A DNA stretch of 64,000 nucleotides from Chitinophaga pinensis (GTDB lineage: Bacteria > Bacteroidota > Bacteroidia > Chitinophagales > CAIOSU01): the NCBI GenBank assembly GCA_945901065.1, contig CAMDKI010000011.1:16149-80148 (forward strand), given 5' to 3'. This document shows, in pieces, positions 55,774 through 64,000 of this stretch. The translations under genes were made by a program, and so were the position numbers. Below the pieces are notes generated by a model. That model was given only the letters and a program-made list of their open reading frames with translations, did no database searches and was not told where the DNA came from. Numbering within the stretch: position 1 is the first letter of the stretch; each line of letters starts with the position of its first letter.

Positions 55774-57576
55774 TTATAGGTCGAATTTCAAGTCTAAGTT
55801 ATCTTTTAATTTCAAAATAGCGGGATTCTTTTCCGCCATGAGGGCCAGTTTTTCTTTGCTACTAAAAGCCTTACGAGGGGCATTTGCTTCGGCAAGGCTT
55901 CTGTCTACCTCTACTTCGACCACTAACCGCTGCAAGGTCATATGGGCCATTATAAAATCGCGGAAGGCAATGCGCTCACCTTCAAATAAGTCGCGCTCTA
56001 CGGTATTGCCCAGCACCACTTTAACCTTACCATCTTGCAAACGATAAGCGCTGCGCTCCAACAAGCTTTGCATGCTCAACTTATTATCGCTGCCGAGTTT
56101 TGCTTTAAAAGCAGTCCAAGCCGCCGCCAGTTTGGTTTCATCAATTACATCTAACGGAATGCTCTCATCCTCTTCTTCCTTCTTAGGGGCTTCGGGTTTG
56201 TTTTGTTTGGCTGATGATAAACTAAAACCGGTGATACCGCCACCTGCGCCCATGCCTCCGGTTGTTGGCATTTGCCTGGCTTGTGTTGGTGTTGATGTTG
56301 AGACCGGTTTGGTTGCCTCTGTTGATGGTTGCTTGGTTTCTGGTGCCGAAACAGGATTAACCGCCTCAGGAGCTGCAACGGGAGCATTAGCAGCTATTGT
56401 TTGTGGCTGGTTAGCAGGCTTTTGTGCAGCGGGTTGCGGCGCTACTTGCTCAGCACTAGAGTTTTTTTTTGTGGCCTCGCCGTTTGAGGCAAGTTGCATT
56501 GCGGTTGGCAAGTAGCACATCTTCATTATCGCCAGCTCTACATGCAGGCGCTTGTTTCGGCTGGTTTTAAAACTCACCTCGCATTGTGCGGCCAAATTCA
56601 GGGCATTAAGCAAAAAGCCCATCGGTATCAAAATGCCTTGCTGGTGGTAGCGGTCTTTCAAAATACCGCTTACCTCAAGCACTTTAATCGTTTCAGGGTC
56701 GCGGGCTACCATAAGGTTACGGAAATGGTCGGCCAATCCACCAATAAACATATCGCCTTCAAAACCCTTCCTAATAATCTCATCAAAGCTCAACATCAGG
56801 CCTGTTAGGTCTTGGGTCAGCAATTGGTCGGTTATGCGGAAATAGTAATCGTAATCGAGTATGTTTAAATTAACCAACACATTATCATACGTCAGTTGGC
56901 GCGTGCTATAATCTACCAACCTATCAAACAGGGAGAGCGCATCGCGCAGGGCACCATCAGCCTTTTGCGCAATAATGTGCAGGGCATTAGGGTCGGCCGT
57001 GATGTTTTCAGTCTGGCAAATACCTTCCAAATGCTTCACCGTATCGTCAATGGTAATGCGGTTGAAATCGTATATCTGGCAACGCGAAAGAATGGTCGGG
57101 ATAATCTTGTGCTTCTCGGTGGTAGCCAAAATGAAAATGGCATAACCAGGTGGCTCTTCCAACGTTTTCAGGAACGCGTTAAAAGCTTGATTAGAAAGCA
57201 TGTGCACCTCATCAATGATATACACTTTGTATTTAGCACCTTGCGGTGGAACACGCACTTGGTCTACCAACGATCTTATATCTTCAACAGAGTTGTTGGA
57301 TGCCGCATCCAGCTCATAAACGTTGAAGCTCTCATCAAGGGCTTTTTCGCTCTTCGGGTCGAAGTTATCTACCTCTTGGGTAGAGTTTATCATTTGGGCA
57401 AGGATACGGGCACAGGTAGTTTTGCCCACACCGCGCGGGCCACAAAATAGTAGCGCATGAGCCAAATGCCCACTGCGTATGGCATTTTTGAGTGTGTTGG
57501 TTACACCCTCCTGCCCTACTACTTCCTCAAACTTCCTCGGGCGATATTTCCGCGCCGATACCACATATTGCTCCAT
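55774..57576 (-). CDS. dnaX: DNA polymerase III subunits gamma/tau
   Basis: ATG at 57576 (MEQYVVSARKYRPRKFEEVVGQ). Walker A GPRGVGKTT, IIDEVHML, then a Pro/Ala/Gln linker. An A9 run lies at 56462-56470 just after the conserved N-terminal ATPase part of the protein. Confidence 0.9.
   Translation of the reverse strand: MEQYVVSARKYRPRKFEEVVGQEGVTNTLKNAIRSGHLAHALLFCGPRGVGKTTCARILAQMINSTQEVDNFDPKSEKALDESFNVYELDAASNNSVEDIRSLVDQVRVPPQGAKYKVYIIDEVHMLSNQAFNAFLKTLEEPPGYAIFILATTEKHKIIPTILSRCQIYDFNRITIDDTVKHLEGICQTENITADPNALHIIAQKADGALRDALSLFDRLVDYSTRQLTYDNVLVNLNILDYDYYFRITDQLLTQDLTGLMLSFDEIIRKGFEGDMFIGGLADHFRNLMVARDPETIKVLEVSGILKDRYHQQGILIPMGFLLNALNLAAQCEVSFKTSRNKRLHVELAIMKMCYLPTAMQLASNGEATKKNSSAEQVAPQPAAQKPANQPQTIAANAPVAAPEAVNPVSAPETKQPSTEATKPVSTSTPTQARQMPTTGGMGAGGGITGFSLSSAKQNKPEAPKKEEEDESIPLDVIDETKLAAAWTAFKAKLGSDNKLSMQSLLERSAYRLQDGKVKVVLGNTVERDLFEGERIAFRDFIMAHMTLQRLVVEVEVDRSLAEANAPRKAFSSKEKLALMAEKNPAILKLKDNLDLKFDL
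56462..56470 (-). other. dnaX: A9 slippery run in dnaX (candidate frameshift / transcriptional slippage site)
   Basis: The minus strand reads GCC ACA AAA AAA AAC TCT AGT. The -1 frame gives AAA CTC TAG and the +1 frame gives ACT CTA GTG CTG AGC AAG TAG. Confidence 0.4.
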
Positions 57577-57600
57577 TAGGTGCAAAATTAATCAATTTTA

Positions 57601-57635
57601 GACACAAGATTCAAGACACAAGATGCAAGAGTTTA
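57601..57635. repeat. Heptamer array (GACACAA dialect), 5 units
   Basis: Reads GACACAA GATTCAA GACACAA GATGCAA GAGTTTA, 25 nt upstream (minus sense) of the dnaX ATG. Confidence 0.85.
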
Positions 57636-57853
57636 AAAAACGGGAATTAGATTTTAACGCCCCAAAGGGGCACCATACTAATAGCCGTGGGCAACGCCCT
57701 CGGCACAAAATGCCAATATTGGATACGACAAATGTGAATCCAAGGCAGCATGTGCGTAACTTCTGTTAAGTGTTCATTATTTTTTTCATATACTTTGATG
57801 TATCCACTATGGACTACTTATCTTTGCAACGCAATCAACAAATCCTCCTTCCA

Positions 57854-58552
57854 ATGAAAATACAAATGGTAATGTTCGACATGGCCGGAACCACCGTACA
57901 TGACAATGATGACGTAAATATTTGCTTTCAAGCTGCCCTAAAAAGCACTGGCTTGCCTATTTCCCGTGACGACATTAATGCTGTGATGGGCTTACAGAAA
58001 CCGCTGGCCATTCGTTTGGTTTTGGAAAGCAAATTGACCGACCATAGCACGATTACGGAGGAATATGTAAATGAGCTGCACGATGTATTTTTGAGCGAAA
58101 CTATCAATTTCTACAAAAACGACCCGCGTGTAAAGGAAATTGAAGGTGCCAGTGATGTGTTCCGTGCACTGAAGGCTGCGGACATTAAAGTGGCCATTGA
58201 TAGTGGTTTCAGCCGTGATATTATCGATACTATTATTGAGCGCCTAGGTTGGGAACGTGATGGCTTGATTGACATTAGCGTAGCCAGCGACGAAGTGTCA
58301 CAAGGCCGCCCAGCTGCATACATGATACAAAAAGCCATGGCTGCCTTCGGTATTACCGACCCGAAAGCCGTAGCTAAAGTTGGAGATACACCTGCCGACT
58401 TGAACGAAGGCTACAATAGCCACACTGCTTATAACATTGGCGTGTTGAGCGGTGCTTGCACCCGTGCCGAATTAGAAGCACACCCACACACGCATATTTT
58501 AGAAAGCATACGTGAAGTGCCTGCTTTGGTTGCCGGAGTATTGGTAGATTAG
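57854..58552 (+). CDS. Phosphonatase-like HAD hydrolase (PhnX-like)
   Basis: ATG at 57854 gives MKIQMVMFDMAGTTV (HAD motif I DxxGT) and VGDTPADL (motif IV). It is paired with phnW downstream. Alternative starts are 57809 and 57770. Confidence 0.7.
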   Translation: MKIQMVMFDMAGTTVHDNDDVNICFQAALKSTGLPISRDDINAVMGLQKPLAIRLVLESKLTDHSTITEEYVNELHDVFLSETINFYKNDPRVKEIEGASDVFRALKAADIKVAIDSGFSRDIIDTIIERLGWERDGLIDISVASDEVSQGRPAAYMIQKAMAAFGITDPKAVAKVGDTPADLNEGYNSHTAYNIGVLSGACTRAELEAHPHTHILESIREVPALVAGVLVD

Positions 58553-58560
58553 TTTTAACG

Positions 58561-58609
58561 AATTAACCAATAACTAATTAACCAATCAACTATTAACTAA
58601 TCAACCAAA
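58561..58609. repeat. Heptamer array (AACCAAT dialect), 7 units, filling the phnX-like/phnW spacer
   Basis: Reads AATTAAC CAATAAC TAATTAA CCAATCA ACTATTA ACTAATC AACCAAA. Confidence 0.85.
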
Positions 58610-58613
58610 CCGC

Positions 58614-59741
58614 ATGGAGACAACCCTAACCAAAGATAAATTACTATTTACGCCTGGCCCGCTAACCACCAGCTTGACCGTGAAGCAAGCCATGCTTCGC
58701 GACTTGGGCTCTCGCGATATTGAGTTTATCAATACCGTGAAACAAGTGCGCAATGCCTTGTTAGTGATGGGCGAGGTAAGCCAAGCCCAAGGCTATGAAG
58801 CCGTGTTGATGCAGGGCTCTGGCACTTTTGGTGTGGAGTCGGTTATATCTTCGGCACTGCCTAAGGTGGGTGGTCATTTGCTGGTAATTATCAATGGCGC
58901 ATACGGCGACCGTATTGCCAAAATGGCGGACGTGCACGGTATTACCAAAACCGTGTTGAAATATGCCGAAGATGAGTATCCTTCTTTGGAAGATATTGAG
59001 AACACTTTGCAACAAAACCCAAGCATTACCCATGCCGTAGTGGTGCATTGCGAAACTACCAGTGGCATTTTCAACCCTATAAAAGCTATTGGCGAAGTGG
59101 TGAAAAAGCATGGCAAAACCTATATAGTGGATGCCATGAGTAGCTTTGGTGCAGTGCCTACGAATATAGCCGCTAATCAAATCGACTTTCTGGTATCTTC
59201 TTCAAACAAATGTATTGAAGGTGTGCCGGGCTTTAGCTTCTCTATTATACAAAAGGATGCGCTGAACGCCTGCAAAGGTAATGCCCGCAGCCTAAGCTTG
59301 GACCTATATGCCCAATGGGAGGGTTTGGAGCAAAATGGCCAGTTCCGTTTTACGCCGCCTACACACACCATTTTGGCCTTTTGGCAAGCGGTGCAAGAGC
59401 ATACTGCCGAAGGTGGTGTAATTGGCCGCAGTGCGCGATATCAGAAAAACTATAACTTACTAGTGGCTGGCATGCGCGATTTGGGCTTTAAAGAATACCT
59501 GTCGCCTGAAAAGCAAGGCTACATCATTAGCTCATTCTTGTACCCTGAGGATTCGAACTTCGATTTCAAGAAATTCTATGAGCTATTGAACAGTATGGAT
59601 TTCGTTATCTACCCCGGTAAGTTGAGCCAAGTAGATTGTTTCCGTATTGGCAACATTGGCCACATTACCGAGGTTGATATCCGTGGTTTGTTGGGAGCAA
59701 TTAAGGATGTGTTGTTGGAAATGGGTGTAACTTTAAAATAA
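58614..59741 (+). CDS. phnW: 2-aminoethylphosphonate--pyruvate transaminase
   Basis: 375 aa, class V aminotransferase layout (LFTPGPLTTS...SSSNKCIEGVPG with the PLP Lys). It is adjacent to a phosphonatase-like hydrolase. Confidence 0.8.
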   Translation: METTLTKDKLLFTPGPLTTSLTVKQAMLRDLGSRDIEFINTVKQVRNALLVMGEVSQAQGYEAVLMQGSGTFGVESVISSALPKVGGHLLVIINGAYGDRIAKMADVHGITKTVLKYAEDEYPSLEDIENTLQQNPSITHAVVVHCETTSGIFNPIKAIGEVVKKHGKTYIVDAMSSFGAVPTNIAANQIDFLVSSSNKCIEGVPGFSFSIIQKDALNACKGNARSLSLDLYAQWEGLEQNGQFRFTPPTHTILAFWQAVQEHTAEGGVIGRSARYQKNYNLLVAGMRDLGFKEYLSPEKQGYIISSFLYPEDSNFDFKKFYELLNSMDFVIYPGKLSQVDCFRIGNIGHITEVDIRGLLGAIKDVLLEMGVTLK

Positions 59742-59803
59742 TTTTAAAGCAAGGCAACTATTTGGTATATTAAACCGTTTAGTAAATTGAAACCATCATT
59801 CTC

Positions 59804-59980
59804 ATGAAAAAGCATTTGAAACAAACCCCCACTTACATTTACATTTTACTTGCCGTTGTGGGTAGTTGGGCTATTGCTTTTACCAAAGCTGTAATGGCAG
59901 AGTACCCTAGCTTATCGTCGTACAACATTCATCTCGGCGATATACAGTACCAGTATATATTCGCATTCCTGTTTCAATAA
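59804..59980 (+). CDS. Possible small membrane protein (58 aa)
   Basis: This ORF was found by hand because it is below the ORF-track cutoff. It reads MKKHLKQTPTYIYILLAVVGSWAIAFTKAV..., i.e. one TM helix after a basic N-terminus, and it is followed by a terminator at 60015-60049. There is no homology evidence. Confidence 0.25.
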   Translation: MKKHLKQTPTYIYILLAVVGSWAIAFTKAVMAEYPSLSSYNIHLGDIQYQYIFAFLFQ

Positions 59981-60014
59981 TATTTATCACAGCAAAGGCT
60001 GTGTTAATCAATAT

Positions 60015-60049
60015 AAAAAATGCCCCGGCTGTTGAGCCGTGGCATTTTT
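60015..60049. terminator. Bidirectional rho-independent terminator downstream of the AsmA-like gene
   Basis: AAAAAATGCCCCGGCT-GTTG-AGCCGTGGCATTTTT: an 11-bp stem with one mismatch, flanked by A6 and T5. Confidence 0.8.
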
Positions 60050-60074
60050 GTTTGATGGCTCGCAAGCAGATAGC

Positions 60075-62756
60075 TTACCAAGGCTTTTTAATCTGGTTCT
60101 TTATCTTGTCGGCCTCTTCTTTTGCTTTCTTTTTGGCATCGTCAACAGCTTTGTTGGCCGCATCTTCGGCTTTGCGCTTCGCCTCCTCAGCTTGTTTTTT
60201 AGCTTCCGCTTCTGCTTTTAGTTTGGCATCGTTTGCCTGTTTCAAAGCATCTTCTTTCTGCTTGTTAAACTCTTCTTTGGCCTTATCTACTTGGTCGTTT
60301 ACCAAATCTTTAACAGGGCTAGATGAACCACCTTTGCCCAGTAGTTTAACGTCAATCTTCGGATTGCCCATATCGCCTGTTAGCCCTACTTTAAAGCGCA
60401 ATACATCGGGCAACGAAGATGGCGTAATGCCTGGCAGTGGCGATTGTGCCAGCAAGCCATCTACCATACCTTTGGCAGGGCCCATTTTGTTGCTTGGCAC
60501 ATCCATTAATATGCCATAGTCCATCACGTTCAACAGGCTGTGCGAGCCTGATATGTTCATGGCTATATCTTGCATCTTAAATTCAAATGGCTCTACAAAT
60601 ATCTTCCCGTTCACCAACTTTACAATCGTCCACGATTTTGGTATATCAATCGATTTCAATTGCGGCAGTTTAAATTTATCGGCAAGGTTATTCATCACTT
60701 TGTTACCATTTAATTTGGCATTGTTTAGCTCTACGGTGCCTTCGCCTAGTAAGGTATTCAAATCTGGTGATAGATCATCTCCGAGAAAGCCTTTCATATC
60801 GAAGGCAGTAGTAAACTTGCCACTAATCTGGTCGGCAATGGGCATAATTTTCTCTACCGTGTTAAAGGTTTTAAATGCTTGTTGTATATCTACGTTAGTG
60901 AACTTGAATTTAAAATCGAGTGCTGGCCTTTCGGTTTGGAAGGTAGAATAAGTGCCATCCAATGCCAATGCGCCATCCAATATATTGGCTTTCAAATCAG
61001 TGATGGTGATAGTTTCGTTTTTAACGGTAATCTTGCCACTAGCACCTTTTATTTCAATGTTATCGTAAATAACACGAGCCATGTTGGCCACAAAAGTAAA
61101 ATCGATGTTAGCGGGCACATCGGCACCTGAGGTTTCAACGGTAGTAGCCGAACCACCTTCAGTAGCCGTGGTAGATGCCGTGGTGGTGCTCTCCTCGGTC
61201 ATAAACTCGTTCAAGTCAATGAGTTTTGAATTGAGGGTCATGCTGCCTTTTAGCACGTCGCCTGCAAACAAGTAGTTCAACAAATTATCCAAGCGACCTA
61301 CTACATCAAAATCGCTACGGCCCATTTTGGCTACCAACTTATCCAGCGTTACCACTTGCGGGCTAAAAGTCATATTCAATGCATCTATTGAAACGGGCTG
61401 CGGCACATCGGGGCTAGCGTAGCGCAAGTTGGTAATGGCAACAATGCCCTTTGCATCAAAATTTTGGTACTGCTCTTGCTCAATAGCGCTCAATTTACCT
61501 TTGGCCGATACATCCATATCCAGTAACCCACTCAAGGTTTCGCCTTGTGCCATAGGATAGAAGTTCTTTACGTTGTCTAAATTAATTTTACCTTTTAAGC
61601 TAGCATCAATATTCGGGTCCGATATTGGGGTGCGCACATTAATCTTCATTTTAAAAGGATCAGCTCCCGCCACAAAATCAAACTTGGGCACATCAATCAC
61701 TATCCTATCCAAATCGCCTCCGGGGCCTTTTACGCTGGCATCAATGTTTATAGCGCTCACGCCCACTGGCAAATCGGGATATTGGAAACTTGCGTTGCCT
61801 ACCTTCAAGTTCAAGGCAAAGGCTGGGTAGGTTTCGCCTACCAATTTTCCTTTGGCGTAACCATCCAAGGCAAGGCTGCCAGTGGTTTTTACGCTTTCAA
61901 AATCTTTGGCGTAAATGGCAGGCAACAATGAGAGTATATTCTTAAACTCCGTTTTCTTGGCTGCAAAGCTCAAATCTATATCCATGGCATCGTTCTCCAA
62001 CAACTGCAACCAACCATTAAAGGCCAACTCCAATTGATTAAGGCGAACCGTATTTTCTTTAAACGTGTATTTACTGTTTAGCAAATCAAGGTTTAAGTCC
62101 AGTTTGGCCTCCAGTTCGGCCTTGCTCAAATAAGCTACGCCGCCTGTTTTCACGGTCAACGATTTAATACTGGTGGTGGTGGTCAGGTCCACTATCTCTT
62201 GGGCAAAGTCGCCCTTGCCCGTATGGTCAAGGTCAATTATCTCGGCATACATATCGCCTGCCTTATCATCGTATACTATATAGCCTTTGGTAATACTGTA
62301 GCCATTAATTTCGATAGCAGGTGTTGCACCACTAGTGGTGGTATCCACTGTATCCGAAGGCTTCATGATGTCGTAGTTCGCAGTGCCATCTTTCAGCACC
62401 TTAACCCTAATACGCGGCTCGCTGAGGGCTACATTACGGATAACATATTGCTCGCCTTTAATAACGCTCATAACATCGAGGCTCACGGTTACATCCTTTA
62501 TACCTGCTAAAGTATCGCCCTCAAATGGAGCACCGTTAACTACCGATACATCGCCAAGGGATAGGCTGATGTTGGGGAAATCTTTAAAAATAGAAACGTC
62601 AAAGTCGTCAAAATCAACTTTGGCAGTTAGGTAAGTATTGATCTGGGTTTTGGCAAATGCCAAAAGTTCGTCTTTGAAAAGAAAAGGAATGGCCGCCAAT
62701 GCGCCCACTAACAACACTATAATAATCAATAAGCCTAAAAGGACCTTACGTAGCAT
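60075..62756 (-). CDS. AsmA-family outer-membrane biogenesis protein with Lys/Ala/Glu-rich C-terminal tail
   Basis: 893 aa. It has an N-terminal anchor MLRKVLLGLLIIIVLLVGALAAIPFLF, a long beta-rich body typical of AsmA/TamB-like proteins, and a terminal ~70-aa KAEAEAKKQAEEAKRKAEDAANK coiled-coil-like tail. Confidence 0.8.
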   Translation of the reverse strand: MLRKVLLGLLIIIVLLVGALAAIPFLFKDELLAFAKTQINTYLTAKVDFDDFDVSIFKDFPNISLSLGDVSVVNGAPFEGDTLAGIKDVTVSLDVMSVIKGEQYVIRNVALSEPRIRVKVLKDGTANYDIMKPSDTVDTTTSGATPAIEINGYSITKGYIVYDDKAGDMYAEIIDLDHTGKGDFAQEIVDLTTTTSIKSLTVKTGGVAYLSKAELEAKLDLNLDLLNSKYTFKENTVRLNQLELAFNGWLQLLENDAMDIDLSFAAKKTEFKNILSLLPAIYAKDFESVKTTGSLALDGYAKGKLVGETYPAFALNLKVGNASFQYPDLPVGVSAINIDASVKGPGGDLDRIVIDVPKFDFVAGADPFKMKINVRTPISDPNIDASLKGKINLDNVKNFYPMAQGETLSGLLDMDVSAKGKLSAIEQEQYQNFDAKGIVAITNLRYASPDVPQPVSIDALNMTFSPQVVTLDKLVAKMGRSDFDVVGRLDNLLNYLFAGDVLKGSMTLNSKLIDLNEFMTEESTTTASTTATEGGSATTVETSGADVPANIDFTFVANMARVIYDNIEIKGASGKITVKNETITITDLKANILDGALALDGTYSTFQTERPALDFKFKFTNVDIQQAFKTFNTVEKIMPIADQISGKFTTAFDMKGFLGDDLSPDLNTLLGEGTVELNNAKLNGNKVMNNLADKFKLPQLKSIDIPKSWTIVKLVNGKIFVEPFEFKMQDIAMNISGSHSLLNVMDYGILMDVPSNKMGPAKGMVDGLLAQSPLPGITPSSLPDVLRFKVGLTGDMGNPKIDVKLLGKGGSSSPVKDLVNDQVDKAKEEFNKQKEDALKQANDAKLKAEAEAKKQAEEAKRKAEDAANKAVDDAKKKAKEEADKIKNQIKKPW

Positions 62757-62805
62757 AGTAGAATAATTTTTATAAAGATACCATTCTGTTTAGTTTTACA
62801 AACGA

Positions 62806-63402
62806 ATGGATGACCAACTAAGTATACGACAGCAGAAAATGCGGAAAGTTTTATCGCAGCGGCAACCCAATATTACGGTTGTGCTCGAAGATGTGCACGA
62901 CCCGCACAACTTATCGGCAGTGATGCGCAGTTGCGATGCTATTGGCATTATGGAAATATATGCGGTTAATACTTTAACGCCACCCATAACCAAGGTGGGC
63001 AAACGCAGTTCTTCGGGAGCAAAAAAGTGGATAACCCTGCACGTTTTCGAAAACGTGGATGAATGCATGCAAGCAGTAAAAGCTAAGTACGATTTAGTGT
63101 ATGCTACCCACCTAAGCCAAGATTCAGTAAGCCTTTATGACCTTGAGCTAACTGGGTCGGTAGCGCTGCTATTTGGCAACGAAAGACTAGGATTGTCGCC
63201 AGAGATATTGAAACATACCAACGGCAATTTTATCATACCCATGCAGGGCATGGTGCAAAGCCTTAATATCTCGGTCGCATGTGCCGTAAGCTTATTTGAG
63301 GCCATGCGCCAACGCATTAATGCTGGACTATATGCTACTCCTCAGTTGCCTTTGGAAACGATGAGCCAATTGTATGAAAATTGGTCTCAACGAGACGAGT
63401 AG
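62806..63402 (+). CDS. SpoU/TrmH-family RNA 2'-O-methyltransferase
   Basis: 198 aa. VVLEDVHDPHNLSAVMRSCDAIG, LLFGNERLGLS and IPMQGMVQSLNISVACAV are the three SpoU motifs. Confidence 0.8.
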   Translation: MDDQLSIRQQKMRKVLSQRQPNITVVLEDVHDPHNLSAVMRSCDAIGIMEIYAVNTLTPPITKVGKRSSSGAKKWITLHVFENVDECMQAVKAKYDLVYATHLSQDSVSLYDLELTGSVALLFGNERLGLSPEILKHTNGNFIIPMQGMVQSLNISVACAVSLFEAMRQRINAGLYATPQLPLETMSQLYENWSQRDE

Positions 63403-63636
63403 CTGTGCGTTTTTCCAATTGTTAAGATAAAAATTCATAAACTGTAACTATGTATTTATCAGGATTATAATAATAAACTAAATTTAAATACAAAAATAAA
63501 GAGCAAAATATTGGACAGTGACCACTTTAAAATACTGACTATCAATTATTTAAGACCAATAACTTTAACCTAATTTTAATCCAAATAACCCGTTACTTAT
63601 TGTAGCCTGTAGTACTTTTGAGCCGTTAATACTACT

Positions 63637-64000
63637 ATGGACGATTTAAGTTTGTTCCCCAACCCAATGCCACTGGGAAAAGGAACACCAAGCGACGGGC
63701 GGCTGATTGCTAAATCCGCAGTTGCATCCCAATTAAATACATTAATTCAAGCCAAAAGGGTAATGCTAATTGTGTTAATTGCCTGCTTTGGGCATCAAGC
63801 GGCCATGGCCCAGCGCATATTCGATCCTTTGCCTCCCGACTCCAACAACATCCTGTTTCCGTATGCAATGGTATACAACAACCAGGCAATGGCCGAAACT
63901 GGCTTAAGGTACGGGCTTTGGGCAACAGCATCTCCTTTTTTATCGGAAGAAATGATGGTGGTATTCGATGCTTACGAAAAAATACCCGCAGCTATTAGAT
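63637..64000 (+). CDS. Hypothetical protein, 3' end beyond window
   Basis: The frame is open from the ATG at 63637 to the window end (121 codons), so it is not in the ORF track. It contains a hydrophobic segment VMLIVLIACFGHQAAMAQ that could be a signal peptide from an internal start. There is no homology evidence. Confidence 0.3.
   Translation, partial: MDDLSLFPNPMPLGKGTPSDGRLIAKSAVASQLNTLIQAKRVMLIVLIACFGHQAAMAQRIFDPLPPDSNNILFPYAMVYNNQAMAETGLRYGLWATASPFLSEEMMVVFDAYEKIPAAIR

Noticed and set aside
57577-57853. An SRP RNA (ffs) next to dnaX.
   Set aside because: The conserved GGUCAGGUCCGGAAGGAAGCAGCC-type domain IV motif is absent on either strand.

Overview
This 64-kb window reads as a chromosomal segment of a Bacteroidota genome. 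Supporting signs are the parA-parB-DUF5683-dapB-lepB block, a T9SS C-terminal sorting domain, TAnnTTTG-type -7 boxes, and many lipoproteins and FtsX-type ABC systems. I call 51 protein-coding regions. Two run off the window edges and are therefore missing from the ORF track: ftsK (1-2004, minus) and a hypothetical (63637-64000, plus). I saw no rRNA, tRNA, CRISPR array, transposase, integrase or phage genes. Most genes are housekeeping: ftsK, egtB, an ECF sigma factor, a desaturase, lepB, dapB, parAB, queA, queD, recQ, ftsE, ahcY, a 2-oxoacid dehydrogenase E2, M1 and M16 peptidases, dnaX, phnW, an AsmA-like protein and a TrmH-like methyltransferase. Accessory content is limited. It includes a ParE/RelE-type toxin-antitoxin pair inside a 0.9-kb repeat-filled spacer and a translationally coupled flippase/CapA/AsnB-like/AhpD-like operon with no glycosyltransferase. 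It also includes a 1457-aa secreted protein with a glycine-rich core, a cargo-less T9SS CTD mini-protein, and a membrane-anchored stand-alone receiver domain. The most striking unexplained structure is non-coding. Many intergenic spacers are built from degenerate tandem 7-nt or 8-nt units in several sequence 'dialects' (GTATCAA/TACTTGA, CGATTTA, TTGGTTA/AACCAAT, GGTTGCG, GACACAA, AATGnGA, AATTTGAA). These usually form two inverted arms around a spacer and often start at or within about 20 nt of a stop codon. egtB and the E2 gene are each bracketed by two copies of the same module, and one perfect 4x heptamer lies inside the 5' end of a lipoprotein CDS. Separately, dnaX carries an A9 run at the expected tau/gamma boundary with stops close by in both alternative frames. 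All function calls rest on motif recognition by eye, since no database search could be run.
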